DNA of 61,805 nt from an uncultured Rhodospirillaceae bacterium (GCA_913052165.1 CAJXEC010000003.1:1-61805), one strand, 5' to 3'. Numbered from the stretch's first letter, positions 28,219 to 38,411 are shown. Notes: generated by a model not told the origin, from the letters alone. Translations and numbers: made by a program.

Positions 28219-29807
28219 ATGGTTTGTTCCTTGGTGTTAACAAAACGGATATCAGGCCAATCCTCTTGGGCACGATCTAAATGCCAGGCATTCCTTGCAA
28301 GGAAAACAGGATGTCCGCGGTGATCGTCTGCGATCGAACCTTCGTTCTTACGAACAAAATCTTTCAATTTTCCTTCATCATCAGATTCGAGCCAGCGCGC
28401 TGTGATTAAGCTCGTTGATTCAAACCGCGCGGGGACATCATATTCAGTTCGGATCCGATCAGCCATCACCTCAAATTGCAGGACCCCCACTGCACCTACA
28501 ATCCAATCAGAGCCAACGCGAGGTTTGAAGACAGAGGCAGCCCCTTCCTCCGCAAGCTGTTGCAGAGCCCGTCCCATATGCTTGGCCCGCATCGGGTCCT
28601 CGGGCCGCGCTGCTCTGAGGTGCTCAGGGGCAAATGAGGGCAAGCCTGTGAACCGGAGCACTTCCCCTTCAGTTAGGGCGTCGCCTATATGAAGGTTTCC
28701 ATGATTTGGGATGCCGATAATGTCTCCAGCCCAAGCCTCTGCCGCGAGTTCTCGGTCTCGCGCAAGGAAAAGAACAGCATTATGGAGAGCTAAATGTTTT
28801 TCGGTTCTCACATTTTTCAGCTTCATACCCCTTTTGAAATGCCCAGAGCATAGCCGGACAAAGGCGATCCTATCGCGATGACGGGGGTCCATATTGGCCT
28901 GGATTTTAAAGACAAAACCCGAAACTTTATCGTCTTCTGGAAGAATTTTACGCTCGATAGCGGGCTGGGGCCGGGGGGCAGGAGCGTGCCTTGCAAGACC
29001 AGAAATCAATTCGGATACACCAAAACTATTAATGGCACTTCCAAAAAATACCGGTGATAAGTTACCTGCAAGATATGCACTTTCATCAAATTCGGGGCAG
29101 AGACCTCTCACCATTTCAACTTGGTCCCGCAGATCTGATAATGCGTGATCTGGCAATAATTTATCCAGTTTTGGATCATCAAGTCCCGAGCAGGTCTCAA
29201 CTTGATGCGGTTTTTCACCTCTTGAACCTTTATCCATGAGCAAAAGTTGATCGCCCATGAGATCGTAACAGCCAAGAAAACCGGAGCCCATACCTATTGG
29301 CCAACTCGCAGGGGTTACCTCGATCTGCAGTGTCTGCTCAATTTCATCCAGTAAATCGAATGGATCCTGTGCTTCCCGATCCATCTTATTTATAAACGTT
29401 ATGATAGGCATATCGCGAAGCCTACAGACCTCGAATAGCTTCTTCGTTTGAGCCTGAATGCCTCGTGCGGCATCTATGACCATGACTACGGAGTCAACTG
29501 CTGTGAGCACCCTGAACGTATCTTCAGAGAAATCTTCGTGCCCTGGTGTATCTAATAAATTAAATGTTTTTTCATCATAGTCGAAGGTCATGACTGAGGC
29601 CGTCACTGAAATGCCACGCTCACGCTCTACCTTCATCCAATCGGAATGCGCGCGTCTTTGCTCGCCGCGGGCCTTCACGGCACCCGCTAGTTGAATGGCA
29701 CCACCAAAGAGGAGTAGCTTTTCCGTCAGCGTGGTCTTTCCCGCATCTGGGTGGGAGATTATTGCGAAAGTACGCCTACGGGCTATTTCGGCTGATAAAA
29801 CAGACAT
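28215..29807 (-). CDS. prfC: peptide chain release factor 3
   Basis: RRRTFAIISHPDAGKTTLTEKLLLFGGAIQLAGAVKAR, SDWMKVERERGISV, DTPGHEDF, and NKMDRE. 530 aa. The stop overlaps the typA start (ATGA). Confidence 0.95.
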   Translation of the reverse strand: MSVLSAEIARRRTFAIISHPDAGKTTLTEKLLLFGGAIQLAGAVKARGEQRRAHSDWMKVERERGISVTASVMTFDYDEKTFNLLDTPGHEDFSEDTFRVLTAVDSVVMVIDAARGIQAQTKKLFEVCRLRDMPIITFINKMDREAQDPFDLLDEIEQTLQIEVTPASWPIGMGSGFLGCYDLMGDQLLLMDKGSRGEKPHQVETCSGLDDPKLDKLLPDHALSDLRDQVEMVRGLCPEFDESAYLAGNLSPVFFGSAINSFGVSELISGLARHAPAPRPQPAIERKILPEDDKVSGFVFKIQANMDPRHRDRIAFVRLCSGHFKRGMKLKNVRTEKHLALHNAVLFLARDRELAAEAWAGDIIGIPNHGNLHIGDALTEGEVLRFTGLPSFAPEHLRAARPEDPMRAKHMGRALQQLAEEGAASVFKPRVGSDWIVGAVGVLQFEVMADRIRTEYDVPARFESTSLITARWLESDDEGKLKDFVRKNEGSIADDHRGHPVFLARNAWHLDRAQEDWPDIRFVNTKEQTI

Positions 29808-29870
29808 TCTTTTTTCCGTCGAGGAGAGGTGGCGCGTTGTTTCGCACCGAGAGCCGGTCAGGTCAAGTAT

Positions 29871-31325
29871 TTAAACAGCGTCATATTTGTCCATAATATC
29901 AGACACGATCCCATCCAGTTCTTGCCAAGGACACATCTGAAAAGAATAAAGGTTCATGATGAACCCTGGCCCCGCGTAAAATTTCTCATATTGAGCATGC
30001 CGACCCGCCATCTCAGAGCCCAGCATATCCCATGCTAACCTCAGGAGTTTCATGCGATCCTTTGCAGTTTGATCCGGGGTCGACCAGTAAGTTTCAAATT
30101 TTTGGCTAAGCTCAGGATCCTGAAGCAAAGAAGAGTCCGCCGGCATTTGGATTGGCCCGCCTCCTAATAATTCTCGAACCGTGTCACATAACTTGCTGTA
30201 ATTGGCAGTGCACCAGTGCAGAGCGGCATACATATAACGACGGTTGACGGTAAAGTAGCCCGAGTTTGCGACCATTTCCTCGCAGCTGTGAATTTGCCCC
30301 ATGATCATCCCTTCCAAAGATGCTAACTGCGCGGCCAGATGGCCAAGGGTGGTTTGGACTGCGGGTATGGCGTCAACTTTATTTGATTTTGTGATTACGT
30401 GAGCGATCGCTACAAGTAATTTAAGTTTTTCTAGATACCGAACATTTGCTTGGTGATTTGCCAGTGAATGACCCGGTGTTTCGAAATAAACTGACCTGGT
30501 TTTAGCCACATTGTTGTGCAACACGACATTTTCCCAGGGAACCTTGACGTTTTCAAACAAAACCGCGGCGTCGCTCTCGTCGTAACGCCACGACAAGGGC
30601 ATATCAAATTCACTATTTGCGGCGGTCTCGTATGGTTTCCTTGACCAAATCGACACACCCGGAGAATTTAACGGGACGGAGCAAGTGATCGTCTCATCTT
30701 CATGACCCTCCGGTACAGGTTGGAGATTGCCTACCCAAGTTTCGTGACAAAAAATTGCGGCGGTGCCGATCATTTTTAATCCGTTGATAATAACACCATC
30801 GTCCTCCTCGCTTATCACCTTAAGCGTGGGAGAAACTTTGTCGTTGCCATCAAATTCACCACGTCTTGTTACCTGCGGGTTTGTTACAGTATGAGACAAA
30901 AATAAGTCATCACGCCTGCAGCGTTTATAAATTTGAGTGAGATTGTCGCCGAAACCGGCATGTAACTCATTAAAAAGCTCAGGTCTGGTCGCTAGTCCAG
31001 ACAGGTAACTCGGAAAATTATCGGGAGATCGGCCGACAAGTCCGTAAGTCCAGCTGGCAATTTTTCGATGAGTTTCAAATCGACGCTCGAGATCTTTTTT
31101 TGACCGAGGACGCAAATAATAGGTGGAAAAGATTTCTCCTTCTTCCTCTGAGACCATGCAGTCTTGATTTTCAGGTGCCCTCTTGCGATCGTAAATCATT
31201 GCCATCGTCGCAGCAGAATTTTTAAAGGCCGGGTGGGTAGTTACATCCGTGACCTTTTCTTTTCCGAGATACACCACTCGGCCATCTCTTATACTCTCTA
31301 AATAATCTTTACCACTAAGTAACAT
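29871..31325 (-). CDS. HpaB-family (4-hydroxyphenylacetate 3-monooxygenase oxygenase component-like) flavin-dependent monooxygenase
   Basis: 484 aa. N-terminus GKDYLESIRDGRVVYLGKEKVTDVTTHPAFKNSA and an overall acyl-CoA-dehydrogenase-like layout typical of HpaB/4-BUDH family members. No reductase component is nearby. Confidence 0.8.
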   Translation of the reverse strand: MLLSGKDYLESIRDGRVVYLGKEKVTDVTTHPAFKNSAATMAMIYDRKRAPENQDCMVSEEEGEIFSTYYLRPRSKKDLERRFETHRKIASWTYGLVGRSPDNFPSYLSGLATRPELFNELHAGFGDNLTQIYKRCRRDDLFLSHTVTNPQVTRRGEFDGNDKVSPTLKVISEEDDGVIINGLKMIGTAAIFCHETWVGNLQPVPEGHEDETITCSVPLNSPGVSIWSRKPYETAANSEFDMPLSWRYDESDAAVLFENVKVPWENVVLHNNVAKTRSVYFETPGHSLANHQANVRYLEKLKLLVAIAHVITKSNKVDAIPAVQTTLGHLAAQLASLEGMIMGQIHSCEEMVANSGYFTVNRRYMYAALHWCTANYSKLCDTVRELLGGGPIQMPADSSLLQDPELSQKFETYWSTPDQTAKDRMKLLRLAWDMLGSEMAGRHAQYEKFYAGPGFIMNLYSFQMCPWQELDGIVSDIMDKYDAV

Positions 31326-31348
31326 TCGTGTGTCCTAATGTTCGTGCG

Positions 31349-31987
31349 CTACTCTTTTTCAATTAAAGCCCTGACCGGCGCACCGTCCGCGCCCACCAAT
31401 TTCATTGGGAGACAGGTAAGCCTATAGTTGCCAGGTTCTGCAAAGCGTAAATCCAATGCCTCTACAATTATAACCTCCGCGTCCAGCAAAACTAGGTGAG
31501 TTGTAGACACCTGATCATCAAAAAGTTGTATGGATAAATAATCGATGCCAATTAATTTTATACCAAAATCGACCATCCATGCGGCGGCATCCGCTGTAAT
31601 TGCTGAGTAATCTTTGCGGAATTCATGGGCGGGTTGAGACCAATAATGAGAATTATACGTTTTAATTAATAGTCTCTCAGTACCTTTTTTAATGTTGCAC
31701 GCTTCTAAGTCCACGACCTCAATTTTTTGAACATCCGGAATCTCAATTAGGGTGCAAGTGCCCACTAAAACGTTAAGATCCAACTCATCTACGCCCTTTT
31801 TTCCTTCAATAAAGTGACATGGGGCGTCGAGATGTGTCCCAAAATGAACGCCTGTCTCAAGCCTGGTGACGTTACATCGGTAGCCACCAGCCATGCACTT
31901 CATGTAGTCCATAGAAGGCGCTGGATCACCCGGCCAGAGCGGTAGATCAGTACTAAACGGAACTGTTATATCGATAATTTTTCCCAC
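31349..31987 (-). CDS. cyclase-family protein (KynB-type arylformamidase fold)
   Basis: The HFGTHLDAPCHF metal-binding signature of the putative cyclase / kynurenine formamidase family. 212 aa. Confidence 0.8.
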   Translation of the reverse strand: MGKIIDITVPFSTDLPLWPGDPAPSMDYMKCMAGGYRCNVTRLETGVHFGTHLDAPCHFIEGKKGVDELDLNVLVGTCTLIEIPDVQKIEVVDLEACNIKKGTERLLIKTYNSHYWSQPAHEFRKDYSAITADAAAWMVDFGIKLIGIDYLSIQLFDDQVSTTHLVLLDAEVIIVEALDLRFAEPGNYRLTCLPMKLVGADGAPVRALIEKE

Positions 31988-32069
31988 GGTGTGAAGCTAT
32001 AGCATCTTTTAGGGTGACAAAAGCCTTATGCCGGGGCACGTTCCGAAAAAGTCAATGGTAGGAAAGAAA

Positions 32070-33422
32070 ATGACCGAGCCGACATCAGCTCTCGCTGATT
32101 TTTCAATAGGTATTAAACCAAATAATATACCCGCATCGACCCAGGAACATACGAAGTTATTGCTTTTGGATGCTCTGGCCTGTGCCTATGCAGGTCATAA
32201 GGGAGAGGAAACTGCCCAGTTGCTCCACGTCGCAAAAGCGTTGTCGCCTGGCAGTAAAGAGAGCCCTGTTATTGGTGGGGAGGGGCTGTCTTTAGCTGGG
32301 GCAAGCCTTTTCAATGGTTATCTGATTACAGCGGTCACAATGTGTGATGTCCACCGGGAATGTCTTACACATATCACTCCAGAAATTGTCCCGCCCGCGT
32401 TAGGGATTGGGTATAGGGATGATGTGTCTGGTCAAGTTTTACTGACCGCTTTGGCCTTAGGCTGTGAAGTCGCCACACGAGTAGGGATTGGCCTTGACTA
32501 CCCCGTTTTCAGACGAAAAGGCTGGCATGGCCCCGGCGTTTTAGGACCGTTTGGCGCTGCAGCGGCCGTTGGATATATGAGAGGTTTTGACAAGGACACG
32601 ATGGCGCGGGCGTTTGCTTTAGCCGGGAGTCAGGCGGCCGGCACTTTTGCGGCTTGGGGGACACCTACCGTAAAATTCCACCAATGCCGCGCCGCGTTAT
32701 CGGGTCTTTTGGCAGCCCTTACAGCCGAGCAAGGGTTTGTTGCGACGGATAAATTTCTGACTGCTGCGGATGGAGGGCTTTACAACACCTACGCAGATGG
32801 CGGGCTACCAAATCGAGTGACTGATGATCTGGGTGAAAGGTGGGAGTTAGAGCAGATAGCGTTGCGTCTATGGCCTTCGGCAACAGCGCTCCAAGATGTT
32901 CTAACAGCCCTTTTTGATCTCGTAAGCAATAATTCGTTCGAATTTCAAGATATTGAGAAGGTAAAAATCAATCTGAACCCTACACCAGTCAATATGTTTG
33001 GAAAGTTGCCGAATTATAAAGGGAAATTTGAGGCGTTAATATCAGGTCACTATGTCACTGCGGCGTATCTAAGAGATTCTGAGCTGACGCTTAGACAGTT
33101 TGAGCCCGATTGTTACGAGGCCTCTGATCTTCGTCAATTTGCTGCAGAGAGAGTGGATATGATTGCAGATAACAATATCCCTGGTGGCAAATGTGTGGCT
33201 GAGTTGATAACCAAGACAGGGCAAAAATTTACTGGGTCCTGTGACGCCCCGCTTGGCACGCCCGAGAATCCGATGTCAGTGGAGCAAGTAGAGGATAAGT
33301 TCAGGACCTACTCGAGGGACATTCTACCCGTGGACCAAGCGGAAGAGCTGCTATCTTTAATTTTGAACCTTGAGAACCAAGGGTCTGTTCGGGCAGTCAT
33401 AGACTTATTTAACCCTCGTTGA
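32070..33422 (+). CDS. MmgE/PrpD-family protein (2-methylcitrate dehydratase-like)
   Basis: LLLLDALACAYAG..., GWHGPGVLGPFGAAAAVG, and size are typical of the PrpD family. I prefer the ATG at 32070 (AGGAAAG SD) over the ORF-track 32028. Confidence 0.8.
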   Translation: MTEPTSALADFSIGIKPNNIPASTQEHTKLLLLDALACAYAGHKGEETAQLLHVAKALSPGSKESPVIGGEGLSLAGASLFNGYLITAVTMCDVHRECLTHITPEIVPPALGIGYRDDVSGQVLLTALALGCEVATRVGIGLDYPVFRRKGWHGPGVLGPFGAAAAVGYMRGFDKDTMARAFALAGSQAAGTFAAWGTPTVKFHQCRAALSGLLAALTAEQGFVATDKFLTAADGGLYNTYADGGLPNRVTDDLGERWELEQIALRLWPSATALQDVLTALFDLVSNNSFEFQDIEKVKINLNPTPVNMFGKLPNYKGKFEALISGHYVTAAYLRDSELTLRQFEPDCYEASDLRQFAAERVDMIADNNIPGGKCVAELITKTGQKFTGSCDAPLGTPENPMSVEQVEDKFRTYSRDILPVDQAEELLSLILNLENQGSVRAVIDLFNPR

Positions 33423-34418
33423 TTAGATCCTTTTCTCTACACCGCGTTTCCGTCCTTGATCAACGCTCAAAAAAAGATCATCCACTGACATCTTATTCTT
33501 CATGAGAGCCTGCTCGTGCGAATAATTGATCATATTCTCCAGTGTTTTACGATTTTGTGCCCCGAGACCATATTCCCATGGATCCGTCCCAAGCAATTGC
33601 TCCTGTTCTTCCCAAGCCTCCCTGTACCAGGCCAGAGGAACAATTCTTGGGTTGACCATTTTTTTCATCGCTAGATTTTTAGCCTCATTCAGAGCGTGAT
33701 ACATGTTTATCGGCACCCAGGGGTATTGCTCAACCACTGACTTTTTAATTCCTGTGATGTGCATAATTGGAAACATGCCCGTCTTGCTAAAAAAGTTCAC
33801 TTCCTCATTTTTAAAATTCGGCCATAGCCGAGCGACTCGGGGATCTCCATCCATAAATGGCTTAATAATTGAGGAATGAATGCACGCATCAAGCTCTCCT
33901 GTGGCTACCATATCTTCGACAGATTTATCATCGGATAATGTCTTTAGCCTTATGTCATCTGGCAATTCAACAGGGATGTCTTGATCCAATTCCTGGTACC
34001 AATCGATGGACCGATGAGGCACACCATATTCATGCTCCAGAATCCCTTTCATCCACAATATTGCTGTCACCTGCCAATGTTTAATACCCACCTTTTTCCC
34101 TATTAGGTCCTTGGGCTCATTAATGCCTGCATTGGTGTTAATAAAAACGAACCCGTGTCGAAAACGTCTATGTAAATAGACAGGAATTGCATCAAAAGGT
34201 TTGTTTTGATCTTTAGCGACCAGATAGGTGGAGCACGAGGCCTCCGCCATATCAAAGTCTTCATTGTTATAAAATCTCCAGTGCCGAGTGGTTGAGTCCA
34301 TATCGGTTAAAACGGTCAGGTCGATGCCGTCGGGTTTTACAATTCCATCGATCAGCGGCCGCGTAATCGCATAATCGCCGCATGCAAAAGTCAGGGGAAT
34401 ATTTTTACTCATGTCCAA
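33423..34418 (-). CDS. PhtD-like / NMT1-fold cytoplasmic protein (paralog 3)
   Basis: IPLTFACGDYAITRPLIDGIVKPDGIDL, DFDMAEASCSTYL, and FPIMHITGIK. Confidence 0.65.
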   Translation of the reverse strand: MDMSKNIPLTFACGDYAITRPLIDGIVKPDGIDLTVLTDMDSTTRHWRFYNNEDFDMAEASCSTYLVAKDQNKPFDAIPVYLHRRFRHGFVFINTNAGINEPKDLIGKKVGIKHWQVTAILWMKGILEHEYGVPHRSIDWYQELDQDIPVELPDDIRLKTLSDDKSVEDMVATGELDACIHSSIIKPFMDGDPRVARLWPNFKNEEVNFFSKTGMFPIMHITGIKKSVVEQYPWVPINMYHALNEAKNLAMKKMVNPRIVPLAWYREAWEEQEQLLGTDPWEYGLGAQNRKTLENMINYSHEQALMKNKMSVDDLFLSVDQGRKRGVEKRI

Positions 34419-34429
34419 AACTTCTTTTT

Positions 34430-35458
34430 TTAGTTTTTTGGTCCTGGGCGGCCTGTGCCCGTATGAGGCAATTGAATGCCTCTACCTAATTTTTTTGCTT
34501 TCTCATAGACGTAATGGCACATCGCGATATCGTGGGCCACTAGCCCAGTTGTGTGTATGAGGTTCCTCTCGTTGGATGCCTGTCTACCTGGTTTTTTTCC
34601 TCTTACTAATTCATGGATTTCAGCATGAAGCATTTCCCTGGTAAATAGGCCTTCCTCTGCTGAGTGGCGAAAATGCTGCATTAGCATATTCATTTCCCAA
34701 CTATCTACGACAACCTTATCTAGTTTCGGCCATCCTTCGGGGTCAAATTCTCGGCGCGTGAAAGACACATAAGTTGAGCCACTCTTCAGCCATGGCTCTC
34801 TGCACATTATTTCATCAGAGGTCGTAGCCCCTATACCGATATCTGCCTCCGAGACGGTATCTTCAATAGATTCTTTTGTAATAACAGGAATGCTGAGTGT
34901 TCTGGTCCATTCCTCAGCGAACTCTTGTCGCGACCCTGGATTTCTTGAGGTGCATCGGACCTCTTCTATATTTGGATAGAGCTTTATCAGGCATCGAAGC
35001 GCATTAGTCGCCATTGTTCCAACACCTACTATCCCGACTACTTTTGGATCTCGGGGGCCCATCCATTTTAGGGGAAGAATTGTGGCAGCAGCACTTCGTA
35101 TGGCGTAGGTCCAATGTTCCTCGACGATGGCAACATTTCTTCCGGTGTGAGGATCAGCCAGAATTATGTATCGTCCACACTCCAGGAGTCCTACTGTGTT
35201 CCGGACCCCATCGTTGTAGTAATTGTATAACCTGACACCCGTTATCGGGATTTCTTTTAGTAAGGCGCATTTAACATGCCAGTGGTTGTGGAAGGGTTCG
35301 GCGACATCTAGCTTAAAACTCGGTGGTGAAGAGGCAGTGATCGAGCCCTCACCTTGCATTCGGTAAACACTCTCCGCAATTTCAAGAGCCTCCTCCGCGC
35401 TGAGCAGATCAATAGTATCTGAGTAGGGAATAAAAAGCACGCCGTCTTTTGGAGACAT
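34430..35458 (-). CDS. ornithine cyclodeaminase / mu-crystallin family protein (paralog B)
   Basis: VVGIVGVGTMA Rossmann motif and EEHWTYAIRSAAATIL. Collinear with the 9245..10246 product. Confidence 0.8.
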   Translation of the reverse strand: MSPKDGVLFIPYSDTIDLLSAEEALEIAESVYRMQGEGSITASSPPSFKLDVAEPFHNHWHVKCALLKEIPITGVRLYNYYNDGVRNTVGLLECGRYIILADPHTGRNVAIVEEHWTYAIRSAAATILPLKWMGPRDPKVVGIVGVGTMATNALRCLIKLYPNIEEVRCTSRNPGSRQEFAEEWTRTLSIPVITKESIEDTVSEADIGIGATTSDEIMCREPWLKSGSTYVSFTRREFDPEGWPKLDKVVVDSWEMNMLMQHFRHSAEEGLFTREMLHAEIHELVRGKKPGRQASNERNLIHTTGLVAHDIAMCHYVYEKAKKLGRGIQLPHTGTGRPGPKN

Positions 35459-35468
35459 AATTTTTACC

Positions 35469-35846
35469 TCAATCTAATATGCCAATTGCCTCAATTTCGA
35501 GAATTAGTTCGGGTCTAACCATCGAGTTCACTACAACAGTGGTCGCAGCGGGGTAAGGCTTGTTAAAAAATCTTGGACGCCAGTCTAATATCGCAGGAAA
35601 TTGGTCTAGATCAGTTAGGAATATGTTTATCTTGACGATGTCGGTCAGGTCCCCGCCGGCCGCCTTGATGGCTTTTTCGAGATAGTCAAAAACGCGTTCC
35701 GCATGGGCATAGGGATCCAGATTTCCTGCAGCCCCCTCGTTATCTGCGGTCTGTCCAGAGATGAAAACCATTTTCCCTTTGCGGACAACATGGCTAAACT
35801 GGCCCGGCAACGGGAGTTCAGGTACGTCTATCTTTTCAAAACCCAT
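35469..35846 (-). CDS. RidA/YjgF/TdcF-family (reactive intermediate deaminase) protein
   Basis: 125 aa. FSHVVRKGKMVFISGQTA ... PAATTVVVNSMVRPELILEIEAI. Confidence 0.85.
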   Translation of the reverse strand: MGFEKIDVPELPLPGQFSHVVRKGKMVFISGQTADNEGAAGNLDPYAHAERVFDYLEKAIKAAGGDLTDIVKINIFLTDLDQFPAILDWRPRFFNKPYPAATTVVVNSMVRPELILEIEAIGILD

Positions 35847-35893
35847 GTGAAGAAATTCTTATGAGTTGCTATCGGTGTCAATAGGGGAGAGCT

Positions 35894-36301
35894 GTGATGA
35901 AATTTTATCGATCTCAAATCGGTGGCGTGTCTAACCGTGATTTGGAGTTGGGACGAGGGAAAATTAGGGATCTTATAGGGCCAGCGGTGGGTGCTTCAAA
36001 CGTGGATGTGCATGTAAATACCATCGATGCGGGCACCGGACGCGGAGAAATTCATTACCATGCCCGATCAGAAAATGTATATCTAGTCCTAGAAGGCTTG
36101 CTCGAGGTATGTGTTGAAGGTGGTGAGCGGCACCTTCTGCAAGAGGGTGAAATCGGTTTTATTCCCGCCGGGGTTGTCCATACCGCAGGAAATGGTGGCG
36201 ATGACAAACCGGTAAAAATTTTAGAAATTTATGCCCCAGCTGGCGATGATTTTTATGAAGTAGAGGACTGGCCTGAGGGGATTGAGCCTCCTACCGAATA
36301 A
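35894..36301 (+). CDS. cupin-domain protein
   Basis: Cupin motifs GEIHYHARSENVYLVLEG and GFIPAGVVHTAGN. Confidence 0.75.
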   Translation: MMKFYRSQIGGVSNRDLELGRGKIRDLIGPAVGASNVDVHVNTIDAGTGRGEIHYHARSENVYLVLEGLLEVCVEGGERHLLQEGEIGFIPAGVVHTAGNGGDDKPVKILEIYAPAGDDFYEVEDWPEGIEPPTE

Positions 36302-36462
36302 CAGATCTTGTTGGACTTCTCGGGTTTCAGCAGCTGAGATAGAGATAGTCCCTGGGGTCAACCAGGCCTGAAAATTAGTTTTATAAACGGCAATATTGTG
36401 TCTGCTATTTGGCAAATGGCGCTTAGAGTATTTGCCGCAGGTTCTAGAATACTGAGACGGCT

Positions 36463-36858
36463 CTAGCCCGAACCAATGTCCTCTCCATCGACTACAAAGT
36501 CGAATTTCTTTCCTGCCGGTGCATAAATTTCAAATATTTCAAAAACTTCCATGTCCGAGGCATTCTGAAGCGAGTGTTTGGACCCGGCTGGAATGTAAAC
36601 AATGTCGTTTTCTCGAAGCATATGCTCATTGCCATCAACTATGAGGCGCCCCGTGCCTGATTTAACAATGTAGACATTATCTGCGATAGAGTGGGAGTGA
36701 TAGTGTCCCCCGGGTTCACCAGGAGCGAGCCGGTTCAGATGTAAGTCGATCTTTTCAGCGCCACATTCACTATTTATCAAGCGTACCTGTTCTCCACGGC
36801 CACCCTTCATGGGATTAGTCAAACAGTCATTTAAGTGAAGGAGTCTAAATTCCGGCAT
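36463..36858 (-). CDS. cupin-domain protein (last gene of the UbiD/EutA-like operon)
   Basis: Cupin motifs GGHYHSHSIADNVYIVKSG and VYIPAGSKHSLQN. It starts 17 nt after the EutA-like stop. Confidence 0.75.
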   Translation of the reverse strand: MPEFRLLHLNDCLTNPMKGGRGEQVRLINSECGAEKIDLHLNRLAPGEPGGHYHSHSIADNVYIVKSGTGRLIVDGNEHMLRENDIVYIPAGSKHSLQNASDMEVFEIFEIYAPAGKKFDFVVDGEDIGSG

Positions 36859-36875
36859 AGCTCTGTAGACCTTTA

Positions 36876-38411
36876 TTACTCTTGTCTCCCTGGCTGAGAG
36901 AATAGCAGGCTCTTTATGATTAAGGGCACGACTTGGGTGGTTTCCATCTGCTCCCCTATATCAATAAAGTCAAAGTCATTTAGTTGGACGTTGTCAACTG
37001 AAATAACCTCACCCTTTACCCCAAGTTCTTTGGTCAAAATGTTGCCCAGAGTACGTCCCGCATCACCATCCATCACGACTATTAGAGGAATCCCGGCGTC
37101 AGCGACGGTTTTAGGTAATCCATCGCAAATTCCTGACGCCAGTTCGAACAGACGAGCGTGCAAAGGATCGCCACCCCAGCGGAATGCAACTGCTAAATTT
37201 GTCTCACCATCTGTCATATCCAGACGGACCATTGCTTGAGCAATTGCCGCGGATATGTCTTCTTTGGTGAAATCTCCTGTCACATCACAATCGAGGTATG
37301 CCACTGGGACATTTCTTATCGGCAGTTTTCCTGGGTCAGATATGAAAATTGTGTTCCCGCTTACTTGTACAGTGAATTGAGAGGCGCCTACCACGGTCGC
37401 TCGTATGCCGGCACCCGGGTCATAGACTTTCGGAGCAATCCGCTTGTGTCCGAGCGCGTGGCGAATCTCATGTGCCAGAGATTTTCCCAAATCACCTCTG
37501 TCTTGCTCCTCACGACCGTAAACGAATTCAGAAACTCCACCGGAGAAGGTAATGGCATCAATTTCAGGATCCTTTGGCAGATGGTCAGTAAGCCTCAGGG
37601 CTTCGCAAAGCGGATCATCTCCTGTGTCCCGATTTGCGTAGGAAACCAGAACCTCGACCATGCGATTAACAATTTTCTTTCGGTCTTCTTCTGAGAGCTC
37701 TTTTTCCAGTTCCAGCGAGACACCGACATCTTGAGCTACTTGTTCTGCGGGCCCCTCGATCCTAACCATCTTCCCAGTCTCATCGAATGCGATCAGACGA
37801 CCCCCGACAGCAAAGGCACTAGTAGCTGTAAGTTTTCCTTTTTCGCAGAGCGCAAGCTTGATTGTGCCGCCGCCCACGTCAATATTCAGGACTGTGATGT
37901 TCTCTTTACGAGATAAGGCGACCGCTCCGGAGCCATTTGCGGCCATTAAAGACTCAAGGTGGTGTCCCGCCGATGCGCAAACAAATTTCCCTGATTTATC
38001 GGCAAAGAGGTCCGCGATTGCACGCGCATTTGTTCTCTTAAGTGCTTCGCCGGTCAATATCACTGCCCCGGTATCAATATCCTCGGGCGTTAGTTCGGCC
38101 TTTTTATAAGCGTTGCTAAAAAATTCAGAGAGTTCTTCTGCGTCTATGGTGTAATCGGACCGATAGGGAGTCAGTAGAATTGGGGATCGCCAGATCACCT
38201 GTCGATTGACCACTACAAACCTACTGGAGAGCCCTTCCATCAGTCGCTGGAGATGCACTTTCGAAAACATGAGGTGCGAGGTTGATGATCCAACATCAAC
38301 ACCCACAGTGGTTAATTCGACATTATCTTGTTCCCAGATAGCTTCGGCTAGTTCAGCCTGCTCTTCCTCTGACATATGCAGATGTTCAAATCCAAGATCG
38401 TGCACGTCCAT
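36876..38411 (-). CDS. EutA-family (ethanolamine ammonia-lyase reactivase-like) double-ASKHA ATPase
   Basis: Collinear with EutA as I recall it: VGVDVGSSTSHLMFSKVHLQR, GAVILTGEALKRTNARA, FVCASAGHHLESLMAANGSGA, VLNIDVGGGTIKLAL, ITFSGGVSE, and C-terminal VVPLIIKSLLF. It also has a ~35-aa acidic N-terminal extension. Confidence 0.8.
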   Translation of the reverse strand: MDVHDLGFEHLHMSEEEQAELAEAIWEQDNVELTTVGVDVGSSTSHLMFSKVHLQRLMEGLSSRFVVVNRQVIWRSPILLTPYRSDYTIDAEELSEFFSNAYKKAELTPEDIDTGAVILTGEALKRTNARAIADLFADKSGKFVCASAGHHLESLMAANGSGAVALSRKENITVLNIDVGGGTIKLALCEKGKLTATSAFAVGGRLIAFDETGKMVRIEGPAEQVAQDVGVSLELEKELSEEDRKKIVNRMVEVLVSYANRDTGDDPLCEALRLTDHLPKDPEIDAITFSGGVSEFVYGREEQDRGDLGKSLAHEIRHALGHKRIAPKVYDPGAGIRATVVGASQFTVQVSGNTIFISDPGKLPIRNVPVAYLDCDVTGDFTKEDISAAIAQAMVRLDMTDGETNLAVAFRWGGDPLHARLFELASGICDGLPKTVADAGIPLIVVMDGDAGRTLGNILTKELGVKGEVISVDNVQLNDFDFIDIGEQMETTQVVPLIIKSLLFSQPGRQE

